Below are positions 1 through 9,215 of a DNA stretch of 64,000 bases, one piece after another. The notes under the pieces were generated by a model. That model saw nothing but the letters and a program-made list of their open reading frames with translations, made no database searches and was not told the DNA's origin. How positions within the stretch are numbered: position 1 is the stretch's first letter; the number at the start of each line of letters is the position of its first letter. Made by a program: the position numbers and the translations under genes. Origin of the DNA: an uncultured Eggerthellaceae bacterium (GTDB lineage Bacteria > Actinomycetota > Coriobacteriia > Coriobacteriales > Eggerthellaceae); contig CAKUOV010000005.1 of the NCBI GenBank assembly GCA_934670115.1, positions 172 through 64,171 of the forward strand, in the 5' to 3' direction.

Positions 1-24
1 TAGGGGCGCTTTAAAAGAAAGGGC

Positions 25-855
25 GTGCCTTCAATGAAAGTAAGAAAACTCAGCGGCATCGATTTGGCCGATATCACTACGTCCGATGGCGTAACGTCTC
101 TCGTTCCGTGCGGGGAAGATCGCTTCGAAGATATGATGGAAACAGAACGCCAGGACTCCTATTCTGGCTGCTATTCGTGCAGGATTAGCGACAGGGATGA
201 AGCGAGAAAACTCTTTTTCACGGGGAAGGAGCGCTTGTTCTCTGTCGTTCGCGAATCAGATGGAGCATATGCGGGCTACTGCGCAGTCCACGACATCATC
301 AGAACGGATTGGGAACTGGGAATCGCATTGCTTCCCGAAATGCAAGGCTCTGGCCTGGGGTTTTCGTCATATAGACAGCTGATTGACATTGCAAAGCGTG
401 CGCATAAGGGTGGTATTGTTGGGAAGGTTGAACCCGATAATGTCGCCAGCCTTCGCATGATGATGAAGTTGGGCGCAACACCTAAGGGCTTGTGTCCGGT
501 GGCGGCGATTCCCGAAAACGAAAGACAGAGCGTCGAGGAAGAATACGCTGATTTGATCGATGGAAATATAGAGGCGCTTGCTGCGTGGTTTGGGGCGCCG
601 TCCCGCAAACTTTTGACCCATGTTTTGATGTTTGATCTGGCTAAATGTAGTGATTCAACGACCCGCCTTCCTTTGGCTAATCAGCGCAGGCGTATCTCGA
701 TGCTCCATAAGGCATACGAGAGAAAGCGCCTTCTCGACGAGCTGGAAAAGGTGGTCGAAGGGCTCGAGGGCGTTCTGTCCGATGATGCGAAAGAGATGAT
801 TGCAGAGACTCGCCGTTCCATTGATGAGAGATTCTCCCAGGTGAGAGAAGCGTAA
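25..855 (+). CDS. GNAT-family N-acetyltransferase with C-terminal helical extension
   Basis: 276-aa ORF (GTG start, in-frame TAG at 1-3). The segment WELGIALLPEMQGSGLGFSSYRQLIDIAKR...VEPDNVASLRMMMKLGA fits the GNAT acetyl-CoA-binding core (Q/R-x-x-G-x-G/A). The last ~100 aa are helical and belong to no family I recognise. Confidence 0.6.
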   Translation: MPSMKVRKLSGIDLADITTSDGVTSLVPCGEDRFEDMMETERQDSYSGCYSCRISDRDEARKLFFTGKERLFSVVRESDGAYAGYCAVHDIIRTDWELGIALLPEMQGSGLGFSSYRQLIDIAKRAHKGGIVGKVEPDNVASLRMMMKLGATPKGLCPVAAIPENERQSVEEEYADLIDGNIEALAAWFGAPSRKLLTHVLMFDLAKCSDSTTRLPLANQRRRISMLHKAYERKRLLDELEKVVEGLEGVLSDDAKEMIAETRRSIDERFSQVREA

Positions 856-1244
856 GGTTCGGTTGCGACTTTTGCTCCGTGTTGTTTCTAGCCGTTTAAA
901 GATAAGCCAACGGCAATGCGAATAGAATTAAAAAACACCTATAAATTTAATTCTATTGGCGAATATCGTTGGTTTGAGTTAAAAAATTAACGATTTTGCT
1001 TACCCTGCCGGTCGAGTTTGTTAGGGCTGGCTTTTGCCTCTTCATCGGAATGCCAGCCCTGGCGGACTACCGCCATCCGAAGCGCACGGCGTACTGAATG
1101 GCGAAGGTGTCGTTCGCATCCAAGCTAAAACTGCCGTTCGCATCGGCGGTGAGCTAGGCGCGTGGTGTATCTATAATGTTTTCTATTATTAACATAAACA
1201 TGAAAAATGTCTATAATAGTGAACATTAAAGGTGGTGAACGAGA

Positions 1245-1562
1245 ATGAAGAAAGCTGCATACAGCATACTGCCAGGAACAGAAGAGATTTTGGCAACCAT
1301 GGGGGAGCAGATTAAGCTCGCAAGACTCAGGCGAGGCTTGTCTGCCGAGCTGGTTGCCGAACGCGCAGGAATCAGCCGAGCGTCCCTCTGGAAGGTCGAA
1401 AAAGGAGAGCCATCCGTAGCTATGGGTATCTACGCAGCTGTTCTTCATGCCTTGAATAACCTGGACAAAGACTTGCTTCTTATTGCCCGGGACGATGAGC
1501 TTGGCAGGCAGTTGCAGGATTTAAATCTGATTACAAGGAAGCGTGCGCCAAGGGGGCGTTGA
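1245..1562 (+). CDS. XRE-family helix-turn-helix regulator, HipB-like antitoxin candidate
   Basis: 105-aa ORF with an AAAGGTGGTGA RBS upstream. GEQIKLARLRRGLSAELVAERAGISRASLWKVEKGEPS is a classic Cro/XRE HTH. The stop TGA (1560-1562) overlaps the start (TTG 1559 / ATG 1562) of the HipA-fragment ORF. Confidence 0.75.
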   Translation: MKKAAYSILPGTEEILATMGEQIKLARLRRGLSAELVAERAGISRASLWKVEKGEPSVAMGIYAAVLHALNNLDKDLLLIARDDELGRQLQDLNLITRKRAPRGR

Positions 1563-2227
1563 TGGTGTCGGTCGACCAGAAAACGGTTTTCGTTTATGGT
1601 GCTCAGCCCAAGAAGGATTTGATCGAGTTGTGGAAGCGTATTGTATTCAGCATGGCGGTGACCAACACCGATGATCATCTCAGAAACCATGCGTTTATTC
1701 TTACGGGCAACAAATGGGCGCTTCCCCCTTTGTACGACGTAAACCCGGTTCCCTATGGCGGCGAGCTCTCCCTTAATGTGGACGAGGTGGATAACAGTAT
1801 CAACATAGAGCTTGCCATGCAAACCGCCGTAAGATTTGGTATTTTGGAATCAGATGCGAAACTCTACGAGGAAGGCAGCGAGATCGCGGTGACGTTCCCC
1901 GATCTTGGCGTTGCTACCAGCGGGGCGGACGATAACGACGCCCTGCTGTCGGCGCGCGAGCTGCTTGGATGCGTCATTTACGGAATGGAAGAGAACGGAG
2001 AGGAGCTTCCCGCGCCCACGCCCCTGCCCAAGGTCGAGCTGGAGCCCGGCGAGAGCACCGCGCTGGTGGACGTCTACATGCCCACGGTGCGCCTCGCGCA
2101 GGAGAACAAGGCCGTGAACCGCACCGTCACGCTTCCCGCATGGCTGAACGCGCTTGCGGTGGAGCGGGGCGTGAACTTCTCCCAGACCATGCAAAGCGCT
2201 ATCAAGTCGCAACTTGGAATCGCATAG
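1559..2227 (+). pseudogene. Chimeric remnant: HipA-family kinase C-terminal fragment fused in frame to a HicB-like antitoxin
   Basis: The N-terminal half has the HipA catalytic-core motifs (VTNTDDHLRNHAFIL, PLYDVNP) but lacks the ~250-aa HipA N-terminal domains. The C-terminal half (EIAVTFPDLGVATSGADDNDALLSARELLGCVIYGMEENGEELPAPTP ... TVTLPAWLNALAVERGVNFSQTMQSAI) reads as HicB (RNase-H-like N-domain plus RHH-like tail). Confidence 0.6.
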
Positions 2228-2311
2228 CTTCAGTTGTAAAAGGAATTTTGACAACTGCGGGAGAAGCAAAACACCGTACGGGAGCCATTTTGCCAACCTT
2301 GACAAAATGGT

Positions 2312-3334
2312 ATGGCGAAAGGGACGGAAGGAATAATGGAAGAGCCCATCGAAAACGAGATAATCCTGTACCAGTCAGAAGGCGCGAACGTGCCAGTGCA
2401 GGTGCGCTACATGGATGATACGCTGTGGATGTCACAAAGGGAGATAGCCGATCTGTTCGGCAAAGACAAGTCCACCATTTCGCGGCACATGAAGAACATC
2501 TTCGAAGAAGGCGAGCTGAACATCGATTCAGTTGTTGCAGAAATTGCAACAACTGCGGCTGACGGCAAAAAATACAAGGTCGCGTTCTACAGCTTGGATG
2601 CCATCATAGCCGTGGGATACCGCGTGAACTCGCGACAGGCGACGCGCTTTCGCCAATGGGCTACGGCGACGCTCAAGGAATACATCACGAAAGGGTTCGT
2701 GCTGAACGACGACATGCTCAAGAACGGCGCTCCGTTCGGCAAGGATTACTTCGACGAGCTTCTTGTGCGCATCCGCGATATCCGTGCGAGCGAGCGGCGC
2801 GTGTACCAGAAGATAACGGACATCTTCCAAGAATGCACCTACGATTACGACCGCACCAGCCAAGTGGCGCGCAACTTCTACGCCACCGTGCAGAACAAGC
2901 TGCACTACGCCGTGACGGGTGATACGGCAGCCGGCATAATCCAAAGGCGCTCAGACCCCGCGCTGCCGAGCATGGGACTCGCCACGTGGAAGGGAGCGCC
3001 GGACGGCCCCATACACTCGAGCGATGTGACGATTGCCAAAAACTACCTGACCGAAAAAGAGCTGCGCGAGCTGAACAGGCTCGTGACCATGTTCCTGGAC
3101 GCGGCGGAGGATCGCGCCGAGCGCCATCAGCTGACCAGCATGGAGGATTGCGTGCGGCTGCTCGACGGTTTCTTGACGTTCAACGGGCGCGACGTCTTGA
3201 AGGGCCTCGGAGACTGCAACAAGAAAACGGCAGACAAAGTTGCGCTAGAGCGTTTCGAGGAATATAGGAAGAGCCAGGACATGATTTACGAGAATGATTT
3301 CGAGAAGATCATGAAAAGGCTGGAGGGACGATAG
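2312..3334 (+). CDS. rhuM: RhuM-family protein
   Basis: IILYQSEGANVPVQVRYMDDTLWMSQREIADLFGKDKSTISRHMKNIFEEGEL ... AADGKKYKVAFYSLDAIIAVGYRVNSRQATRFRQWATATLKEYITKGFVLNDDMLK matches the conserved RhuM N-terminal region closely. The true start may be the internal ATG (MEEPIEN, about 2336). Confidence 0.85.
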   Translation: MAKGTEGIMEEPIENEIILYQSEGANVPVQVRYMDDTLWMSQREIADLFGKDKSTISRHMKNIFEEGELNIDSVVAEIATTAADGKKYKVAFYSLDAIIAVGYRVNSRQATRFRQWATATLKEYITKGFVLNDDMLKNGAPFGKDYFDELLVRIRDIRASERRVYQKITDIFQECTYDYDRTSQVARNFYATVQNKLHYAVTGDTAAGIIQRRSDPALPSMGLATWKGAPDGPIHSSDVTIAKNYLTEKELRELNRLVTMFLDAAEDRAERHQLTSMEDCVRLLDGFLTFNGRDVLKGLGDCNKKTADKVALERFEEYRKSQDMIYENDFEKIMKRLEGR

Positions 3335-3687
3335 CCCGTCAACCTCTTCTTCGGCGTCCGCAACCCTTTCCATGATGATAGAATCTGTCATTGCGAGAAC
3401 CTTTCTTATTCTTGGCTTCTACAGCCATAGGACATCGAAAGGTTCTCTTCCTGTGTCTACTCAGGTTCCCGAATGCCTTCCCGATCAAATCAACTCGTGC
3501 TCATTGCTACGCGCCGCCAGCAATCTGTACTACAATGTGCAAGTGATGCTACGCGATGTGCAATGCTCAGATGCGCCGCACAGCAAGATCGAACACAAAA
3601 TCACACGCGGCCTGGGAAACTGGGTCGGCAAGGTGGCACGGAGGTATACGCAAGTGTCGCAGTTCAAGGATACCCTAGGATAAAAGT

Positions 3688-5184
3688 ATGGCCGACGTTT
3701 TCGCGGAATATGGCAAGCTCGAAGAGGCGTACGCTGGTGATGCCTGGTCGCTTCTACGAAGCAAATATTCCCAGGTGTACGTTGCAATGCTTCACGTTGC
3801 CTTCCCCGATCGTTCGAAGCCAGTAAGAACGGAAGCCCTTCATTCGACCATCGACGCCATGCTTGTAGAGCTGCGCGCTGAAGGATACGAGGTGCCCACG
3901 GTATCCGGCCGTGACCTCTGCTCGGACCGCTGGATGAACGAGTTGCGTCTTTTGGAGAAATTCGAGCTTGATGATGGCGGAACCGAATACCGCCTGCGTT
4001 CGACAACCATTGCCGCTTTGGACGCCGTTGATCGTATGGGCGTGCGCGATGTTGTACTAAGCAGCCCGCGCATTGAAACTATCGCACACGAAATAACGAA
4101 GCTTGCTTTACTGGTGAGTGGGGATCCTGTGCAGCGCCGTGCACAACTCGAGGCCGATCTTCAGGCTGCACAGTCGGCGCTTGATCGATTTGATGAAAGC
4201 GGTGGCGCATTTGACCTTTCCCCCGAAGAAATACAAGCGCGTCTGATGAACGTGGTTGATCTGCTCCGCCAAGTTCCAGGCGATATGCGTCAAATCGAAG
4301 AGCAGCTTGGTCGTGAACGCGATGACTTGATTGATAAGTTTCGCTCGGACGTGCGCCCGCATGGCGAGGTTATTGCCGAATATCTAGAGCATGCCGACGC
4401 GCTTTTCAATGGCACTGACAGTGGACAGCTTTACAACGGGGCCGTCGCCATGTTTGCCGACAACCGGTTTGACGCCGATATGCACCAGAAAGTGCGCAAT
4501 ATTGCTTCGTCGGAATATGTGGCCGGAACAGATGTCGGGAAGAAATACGATGTGCGTTCATCGTGGGAAGCTGTCTCCGACGGAATGCTAGGAATTTTTG
4601 ATTTGCGCAGTCGCTGTTCGCGAACCATTGGCAACGCTGTTGGCAGCTACGACATGTCCAGCTATCGTGCTATGAGCAGGGAGCTTAAGCGCTTGGAGTC
4701 CCTTATGTGGGAGCGCGCAATGATGGATGGCGGCGCGGGCAAGAAAAAAGCACTTATGACCGATCCGTTGCTTGATTCGGACATCGAATGCTTGCAGCGC
4801 AGGCTTAAGGGTCCCGATAAGAATGAGCCGCCCCCTCCGCTAAGCCAGGCTGAAGGCGAAGCACCCGAAGTTGACCTGGAGCGTTTGCGCATGTTGGGCG
4901 GCCCCTTTACCGCTCAAGTTATTGCAGCATTTGAGAGCCTGCTTAGTCCGGGAGAAACAGAATCGGCTGCATTCTTGTTCGCAAAGCTGGACCAGGATTT
5001 ACGTCGCGATGTAGAAGTTCTTGGTCTCATTCGATATGCGGCAAGCAACAATCTTGCGATGGATGGCGCCGCTCCCGATGTCTACGAATGCGTTGGTCCC
5101 GATGGCGCCAAGCGCGCTTGGCTTGCCCCGCGCATCCTTGTTTCAAAAGGTGGCAAACAACCGATAGGAGCAGAACGTGCCTGA
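3688..5184 (+). CDS. jetA: Wadjet JetA (DUF3375-like)
   Basis: 498-aa first gene of a four-gene, same-strand, start/stop-overlapping operon with the ~500/225/1120/400-aa pattern of type I Wadjet. Assigned by position and size; I cannot verify a diagnostic motif by eye. Confidence 0.7.
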   Translation: MADVFAEYGKLEEAYAGDAWSLLRSKYSQVYVAMLHVAFPDRSKPVRTEALHSTIDAMLVELRAEGYEVPTVSGRDLCSDRWMNELRLLEKFELDDGGTEYRLRSTTIAALDAVDRMGVRDVVLSSPRIETIAHEITKLALLVSGDPVQRRAQLEADLQAAQSALDRFDESGGAFDLSPEEIQARLMNVVDLLRQVPGDMRQIEEQLGRERDDLIDKFRSDVRPHGEVIAEYLEHADALFNGTDSGQLYNGAVAMFADNRFDADMHQKVRNIASSEYVAGTDVGKKYDVRSSWEAVSDGMLGIFDLRSRCSRTIGNAVGSYDMSSYRAMSRELKRLESLMWERAMMDGGAGKKKALMTDPLLDSDIECLQRRLKGPDKNEPPPPLSQAEGEAPEVDLERLRMLGGPFTAQVIAAFESLLSPGETESAAFLFAKLDQDLRRDVEVLGLIRYAASNNLAMDGAAPDVYECVGPDGAKRAWLAPRILVSKGGKQPIGAERA

Positions 5185-5851
5185 TCATAATACGAAATCT
5201 GAAGAGCAGAATTCTGCTGAGTTGTTTCCTGGAGATCAGGGAACCTTGCCCGAACCGGTTCGTCGTGTGCTCGTAAGCTTGCTGCGCAACTCCTACATTA
5301 GCTATGAGCGCAATTCAGAAGGCTGGTTGTATCTCGTTGAATACCAGCAGAGCGTCAAAAGCGCACTGAACAATCTCTTCTTGGAGCTTCACCTTGATGA
5401 GCGAAACGAAATTGCCTATTGCGTGCCCGTGGAAAACGCGGGTGCCGAATTCCCCAAGCTCAAACGCGAGCACGAGCTGACCGAAACGCAATCTTTGCTC
5501 ATCATATTTCTGCGCCAGCAATACTTGAGTCAGATGTCTGCGGGTGCTGAAAACGTCTGGATCGACGGCGATGAAATGCGCGAACACTTGAAGCGTCTCT
5601 ATTCAGAGGGCATCGTAAATCACGCACGTGCCAAGAGCACCATAAACAGTGCGATTGAGTATCTGAATAAGCAGCACTATATAGAGAAGGTGTCGGGTTC
5701 GGCATCGGAAGATCGCTATCGAATCCTTCCAATTATCGAAACAGCGTTTCCCCTGGAAAAGATACGTGCGATTCGTGAGGCGTACGAGAAAGATGCTGGA
5801 GCAGGTGGTGCGAACAGCGTCGATGAGCTCGAAGGGGAAGAGGAAGAGTAG
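5177..5851 (+). CDS. jetB: Wadjet JetB (DUF4194-like)
   Basis: 224-aa ORF overlapping the jetA stop by 8 nt, with an acidic C-terminal tail (ELEGEEEE). Its position and size match the kleisin-like JetB subunit. Confidence 0.7.
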   Translation: MPDHNTKSEEQNSAELFPGDQGTLPEPVRRVLVSLLRNSYISYERNSEGWLYLVEYQQSVKSALNNLFLELHLDERNEIAYCVPVENAGAEFPKLKREHELTETQSLLIIFLRQQYLSQMSAGAENVWIDGDEMREHLKRLYSEGIVNHARAKSTINSAIEYLNKQHYIEKVSGSASEDRYRILPIIETAFPLEKIRAIREAYEKDAGAGGANSVDELEGEEEE

Positions 5852-5852
5852 C

Positions 5853-8800
5853 ATGGCAGCAAGTTTGTTCGAGGGAACGTCCATGGAAAACCAGTGGCAG
5901 CTGTACCGTGTTCAGCTCATCAACTGGGGTACTTTCGACGGTGTTTCCGAAGCATATTTCGCAAACGATTTTGAAAACGCTGCTGTGACGGTAATCTCAG
6001 GCGGTTCCGGCACGGGTAAGTCCACGTTGCAAGACGCTTACGATGAAATAATGATGCGTGCGCCCCGTTTTAATGATGCTTCTAACGTTGGTGGTCGTGG
6101 TGCTGGTTCGGGCTTCGGCTCTGGCAAACGTACTCTGCATACGTATGCGCGCGGCATGTTGGACTCCGTGTACGATGAAGCGGCGGGCGCGGAAGTGGCG
6201 CGCGTGCTGCGCGATAATTCCTGCTCCCGTTGGACGGCGATAAGCGCCACTTTCATTGACGCGCTGGGCGATTATTTCACTGCAGCAAAACTCTATTACC
6301 TAACTCCCGAGTGCGACTTTGTGGACGGGAGCAATACCAAATTCGTTACCTCAAATGAGCTGCTCGATCTTTCCGTTTTATCGCAGGTGGCGGATAGAAA
6401 ATTTGATAAGCGATCCATAGAGAAAGTATTGCCAAACGCGCGTCAACATAACAGTCGCAGTGAGTTTCTGAACTGCGTGTATAAGTCGCTAAGCATAGGG
6501 GACGAGAACCAAGGTCAAGCACTTATGGAGCTGCTTGCGCGCATTCGATCGGGCAAGGATTTCAAAACGGTAAGTGCGCTTTTCAACGAGCTGGTGCTGG
6601 AGCGGCCTCATACCTATGAGCGTGCGGACAAAGCTTTGGAAGAATTCGACAACCATTCGAAGGTGCACGAGCAGATGCTCAAGGCTTTGGAGCAACGCCG
6701 CATTCTTGAGCCAATCGTTGATAAAAAGAAGTCATACGATGAGGCGACGGCATTTTTCGCCCTTTGCGAACGCGTGGGCGATGCCAACGATAAGACAAGC
6801 TCTCTATCGCGATGGCTTGAGCATCGTCGTGCGGAAGTGGTGGCTCAGGTGCGAGCCAGTGTAGAGGCCGAAGCGGAAGCAGTGAAATCCCAGCTTGAGG
6901 GCGAGAAGTTGCGTGTTCGGGAAGCCGAGGCTCTGGTAAAGCAGCTTCAGGCCCAAATGGAGGAGGCTGGTGCCGGCAAAGTGAAAACCCTGGAGGCTCG
7001 CATAGAAGCTGTCAAGAAAGAACGAGACTTTCGTAACGATAATCTCTTTTCGCTTCGCAAAGCGGTTTCCGATGCGGACATGGAAGTGCCTTGCGATGCT
7101 GAATCCTTTGCGGCGTTGCAGGAAATTGCGCGTGAGTACGCAGACGGCTACGACGCTCTCAAGGCGCAAATCGACGAAGAGCGCGACAAGGTTGTTGTTG
7201 CGAAAAGCGAGATTGCAAGGGAAGCCAAAGAGACCCGTTCGGATTTGGCGTACTATCAGGGTCATCGCGGTAATATCCCTCGTGAGCTGAGTGAGGCGCG
7301 CGATGCAATGGCAGCTGCCGCTGGCATGAGCGCGGAGGATTTGCCTTTTGCGGGCGAGCTCATGGAAATCAAAGATGCTGAATCCTCGTGGCGGAACGCT
7401 ATAGAAATATGCCTTCATGCTCTTTCACGCACGGTGTTGGTTGATCGAGCGCGCTATGATGAGTTGAGCCAAAGCATCGATTCGGTGAGGCTTGGCACTA
7501 GAGTGAGTTTTCGGGGAATCGATGTTTCCAATAAAACAATCGGCAATTATCGCGATGGCGGCGTTGCAAGTAAGCTTGGCTTGGACAAAGAAAGTCCGTT
7601 TGCACCGTGGTTATCGCGCGTTTTAGCTGATGAAAACCATGATGCTTTATGTGTTGAGGATCCGCGCGATTTGCGGGGAGATGACCTGCGCATCACTAAG
7701 ACTGGGCAGATGCGCCGTAAATTCAAAGGTTCCCATGGTCGCGCATGCGGCGACCGCAACGTTATTGGCTTCTCGAACGAAGCGACCATCGAACGTTTGA
7801 CCAAGCGTTTGGCGCAGTTGGCGGCAGAGCATGCGGAGCTCTCAAAGCAAAGGAAAGAAATCGACAAGAAACGTGCACTTGCCGAGGGTAAATGGAGGGC
7901 GTGCGGCCGGCTGCTGGAGATTTCCTTCGACAAGATAGATGTGATTAGCGCCGAATCAAGCGTTGAGCGATTGGCGTGCGAGCTTGAAGAGTTCCTGAAG
8001 GGCAACAAGCGCCTTGCTGAACTGCGTGAGCAGTACGAAGTTGCTGAAAGGCGAAAGATTGATTGCGTGAAACGGGAAGGAGCCGCTGAGGAAAAGCTCA
8101 GACGACTGAACGAGGAGTTATCTACCCTGCAGTCAGAGGCGAATAGCCTTGATGCGACTCAGTTTGAACTGCCCGATGATCAGGAACAGCATATAGAGGG
8201 CCTTGCCGCAGAAAAAGAGCGGGTTTATCCGACCGTGCGTGACCTTCATAATGCCTTCTCCGAATTCGCAGAAGCAATGAATCGGGGAAATTGCGACAAG
8301 CGGACGGAAACAGAAAAGCGCGCCGACGCCGACAAACAGGCAATCGAGCGAGCGTTTTCCCTGTTCCAGAGTCGATGGTGGGACCCTAATCGAGGTGAAA
8401 CGCTGGAGTCCTACCAGGAATACGCTGCTATTCTTGCTGAGATACAGCATCAGGGCATCGATGAGCAGGAAGCGCACTGGGCGGATAAAATGCATCATTG
8501 GATTCGCGAGGATTTAGTTCAGCTGCGGAGCTCCTTCGATAAGGCGGTACAGGAAATGGAGGATCGCATCGAGCCGATTAATGGCATCTTGGCTGATTTG
8601 CCTTTTGGCGTCGATGGCGGACGACTGCAGATTTCATTGCGCGTGAAGGAAAGCAAGCGTGTTGCGGAATTCAAGCGTACGTTGAATGACTTTGCCGGCA
8701 ACGCGACTGCGGATTTCGACGTGGTGAGCTTTTATAACGACATCAAAGGATTCATGGATCAAATACGCCCAGGCAGCATGGACCGTGATGCCTTGCTTGA

Positions 8801-9215
8801 CAGGCGTCGCCACGTGGAGATTTCTGCAAAGGCATCTTGGCCTGCGGAATTGGAGCGCGAAGACAGCTACTACAACTCGCTTGCTGGTAAAAGTGGCGGC
8901 GAAGTCCAGGAGCTTGTTGCGTTCATTTTGGGTTCCGCATTGCTGTATAGCCTGGGTGGTGAAGCGGGCAGCAAGCCCGTATTTGCGCCCGTGATGCTTG
9001 ACGAAGGATTTATCAAGGCAGACAGCGAATTTACTGCGCGCGCTGTGTCGGCTTGGAAGAGTTTCGGGTTTCAGCTGATAGTGGCTACGCCCGAGGATAA
9101 GTTTCAATCTGTTGCGCCCTACGCAGCTGGTTGTGTGTACATAACGAAGAACACCAAGGGTGTATCTCGCGTATCTCAGACGAAGCTGGTAGAGAAGGCG
9201 ACGGCAAATGCTTAA
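5853..9215 (+). CDS. jetC: Wadjet JetC, SMC-like ABC ATPase
   Basis: The ATG at 5853 lies 1 nt after the jetB stop; the track ORF start at 5766 would overlap jetB. It has a Walker A (VISGGSGTGKSTLQDA), a very long coiled-coil middle, and C-terminal GKSGGEVQELVAFILGSALL (signature-like) and VMLDEGFIKAD (Walker B). Confidence 0.85.
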   Translation: MAASLFEGTSMENQWQLYRVQLINWGTFDGVSEAYFANDFENAAVTVISGGSGTGKSTLQDAYDEIMMRAPRFNDASNVGGRGAGSGFGSGKRTLHTYARGMLDSVYDEAAGAEVARVLRDNSCSRWTAISATFIDALGDYFTAAKLYYLTPECDFVDGSNTKFVTSNELLDLSVLSQVADRKFDKRSIEKVLPNARQHNSRSEFLNCVYKSLSIGDENQGQALMELLARIRSGKDFKTVSALFNELVLERPHTYERADKALEEFDNHSKVHEQMLKALEQRRILEPIVDKKKSYDEATAFFALCERVGDANDKTSSLSRWLEHRRAEVVAQVRASVEAEAEAVKSQLEGEKLRVREAEALVKQLQAQMEEAGAGKVKTLEARIEAVKKERDFRNDNLFSLRKAVSDADMEVPCDAESFAALQEIAREYADGYDALKAQIDEERDKVVVAKSEIAREAKETRSDLAYYQGHRGNIPRELSEARDAMAAAAGMSAEDLPFAGELMEIKDAESSWRNAIEICLHALSRTVLVDRARYDELSQSIDSVRLGTRVSFRGIDVSNKTIGNYRDGGVASKLGLDKESPFAPWLSRVLADENHDALCVEDPRDLRGDDLRITKTGQMRRKFKGSHGRACGDRNVIGFSNEATIERLTKRLAQLAAEHAELSKQRKEIDKKRALAEGKWRACGRLLEISFDKIDVISAESSVERLACELEEFLKGNKRLAELREQYEVAERRKIDCVKREGAAEEKLRRLNEELSTLQSEANSLDATQFELPDDQEQHIEGLAAEKERVYPTVRDLHNAFSEFAEAMNRGNCDKRTETEKRADADKQAIERAFSLFQSRWWDPNRGETLESYQEYAAILAEIQHQGIDEQEAHWADKMHHWIREDLVQLRSSFDKAVQEMEDRIEPINGILADLPFGVDGGRLQISLRVKESKRVAEFKRTLNDFAGNATADFDVVSFYNDIKGFMDQIRPGSMDRDALLDRRRHVEISAKASWPAELEREDSYYNSLAGKSGGEVQELVAFILGSALLYSLGGEAGSKPVFAPVMLDEGFIKADSEFTARAVSAWKSFGFQLIVATPEDKFQSVAPYAAGCVYITKNTKGVSRVSQTKLVEKATANA

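Noticed and set aside
921-957. An AT-rich hairpin (AATAGAATTAAA-N13-TTTAATTCTATT) lies in the AT-rich gap after the GNAT gene, and duplicated TCTATAAT boxes lie near 1170-1225.
   Set aside because: These are most simply a terminator-like stem and -10-like promoter boxes for the XRE gene. The sequence is short and AT-rich, so it is low in information.
5766-5852. An upstream extension of the jetC ORF (track start 5766) overlaps jetB by 86 nt.
   Set aside because: The ATG at 5853 lies 1 nt after the jetB stop and gives the expected N-terminus just before the Walker A. The extension is most likely read-through of the open frame.
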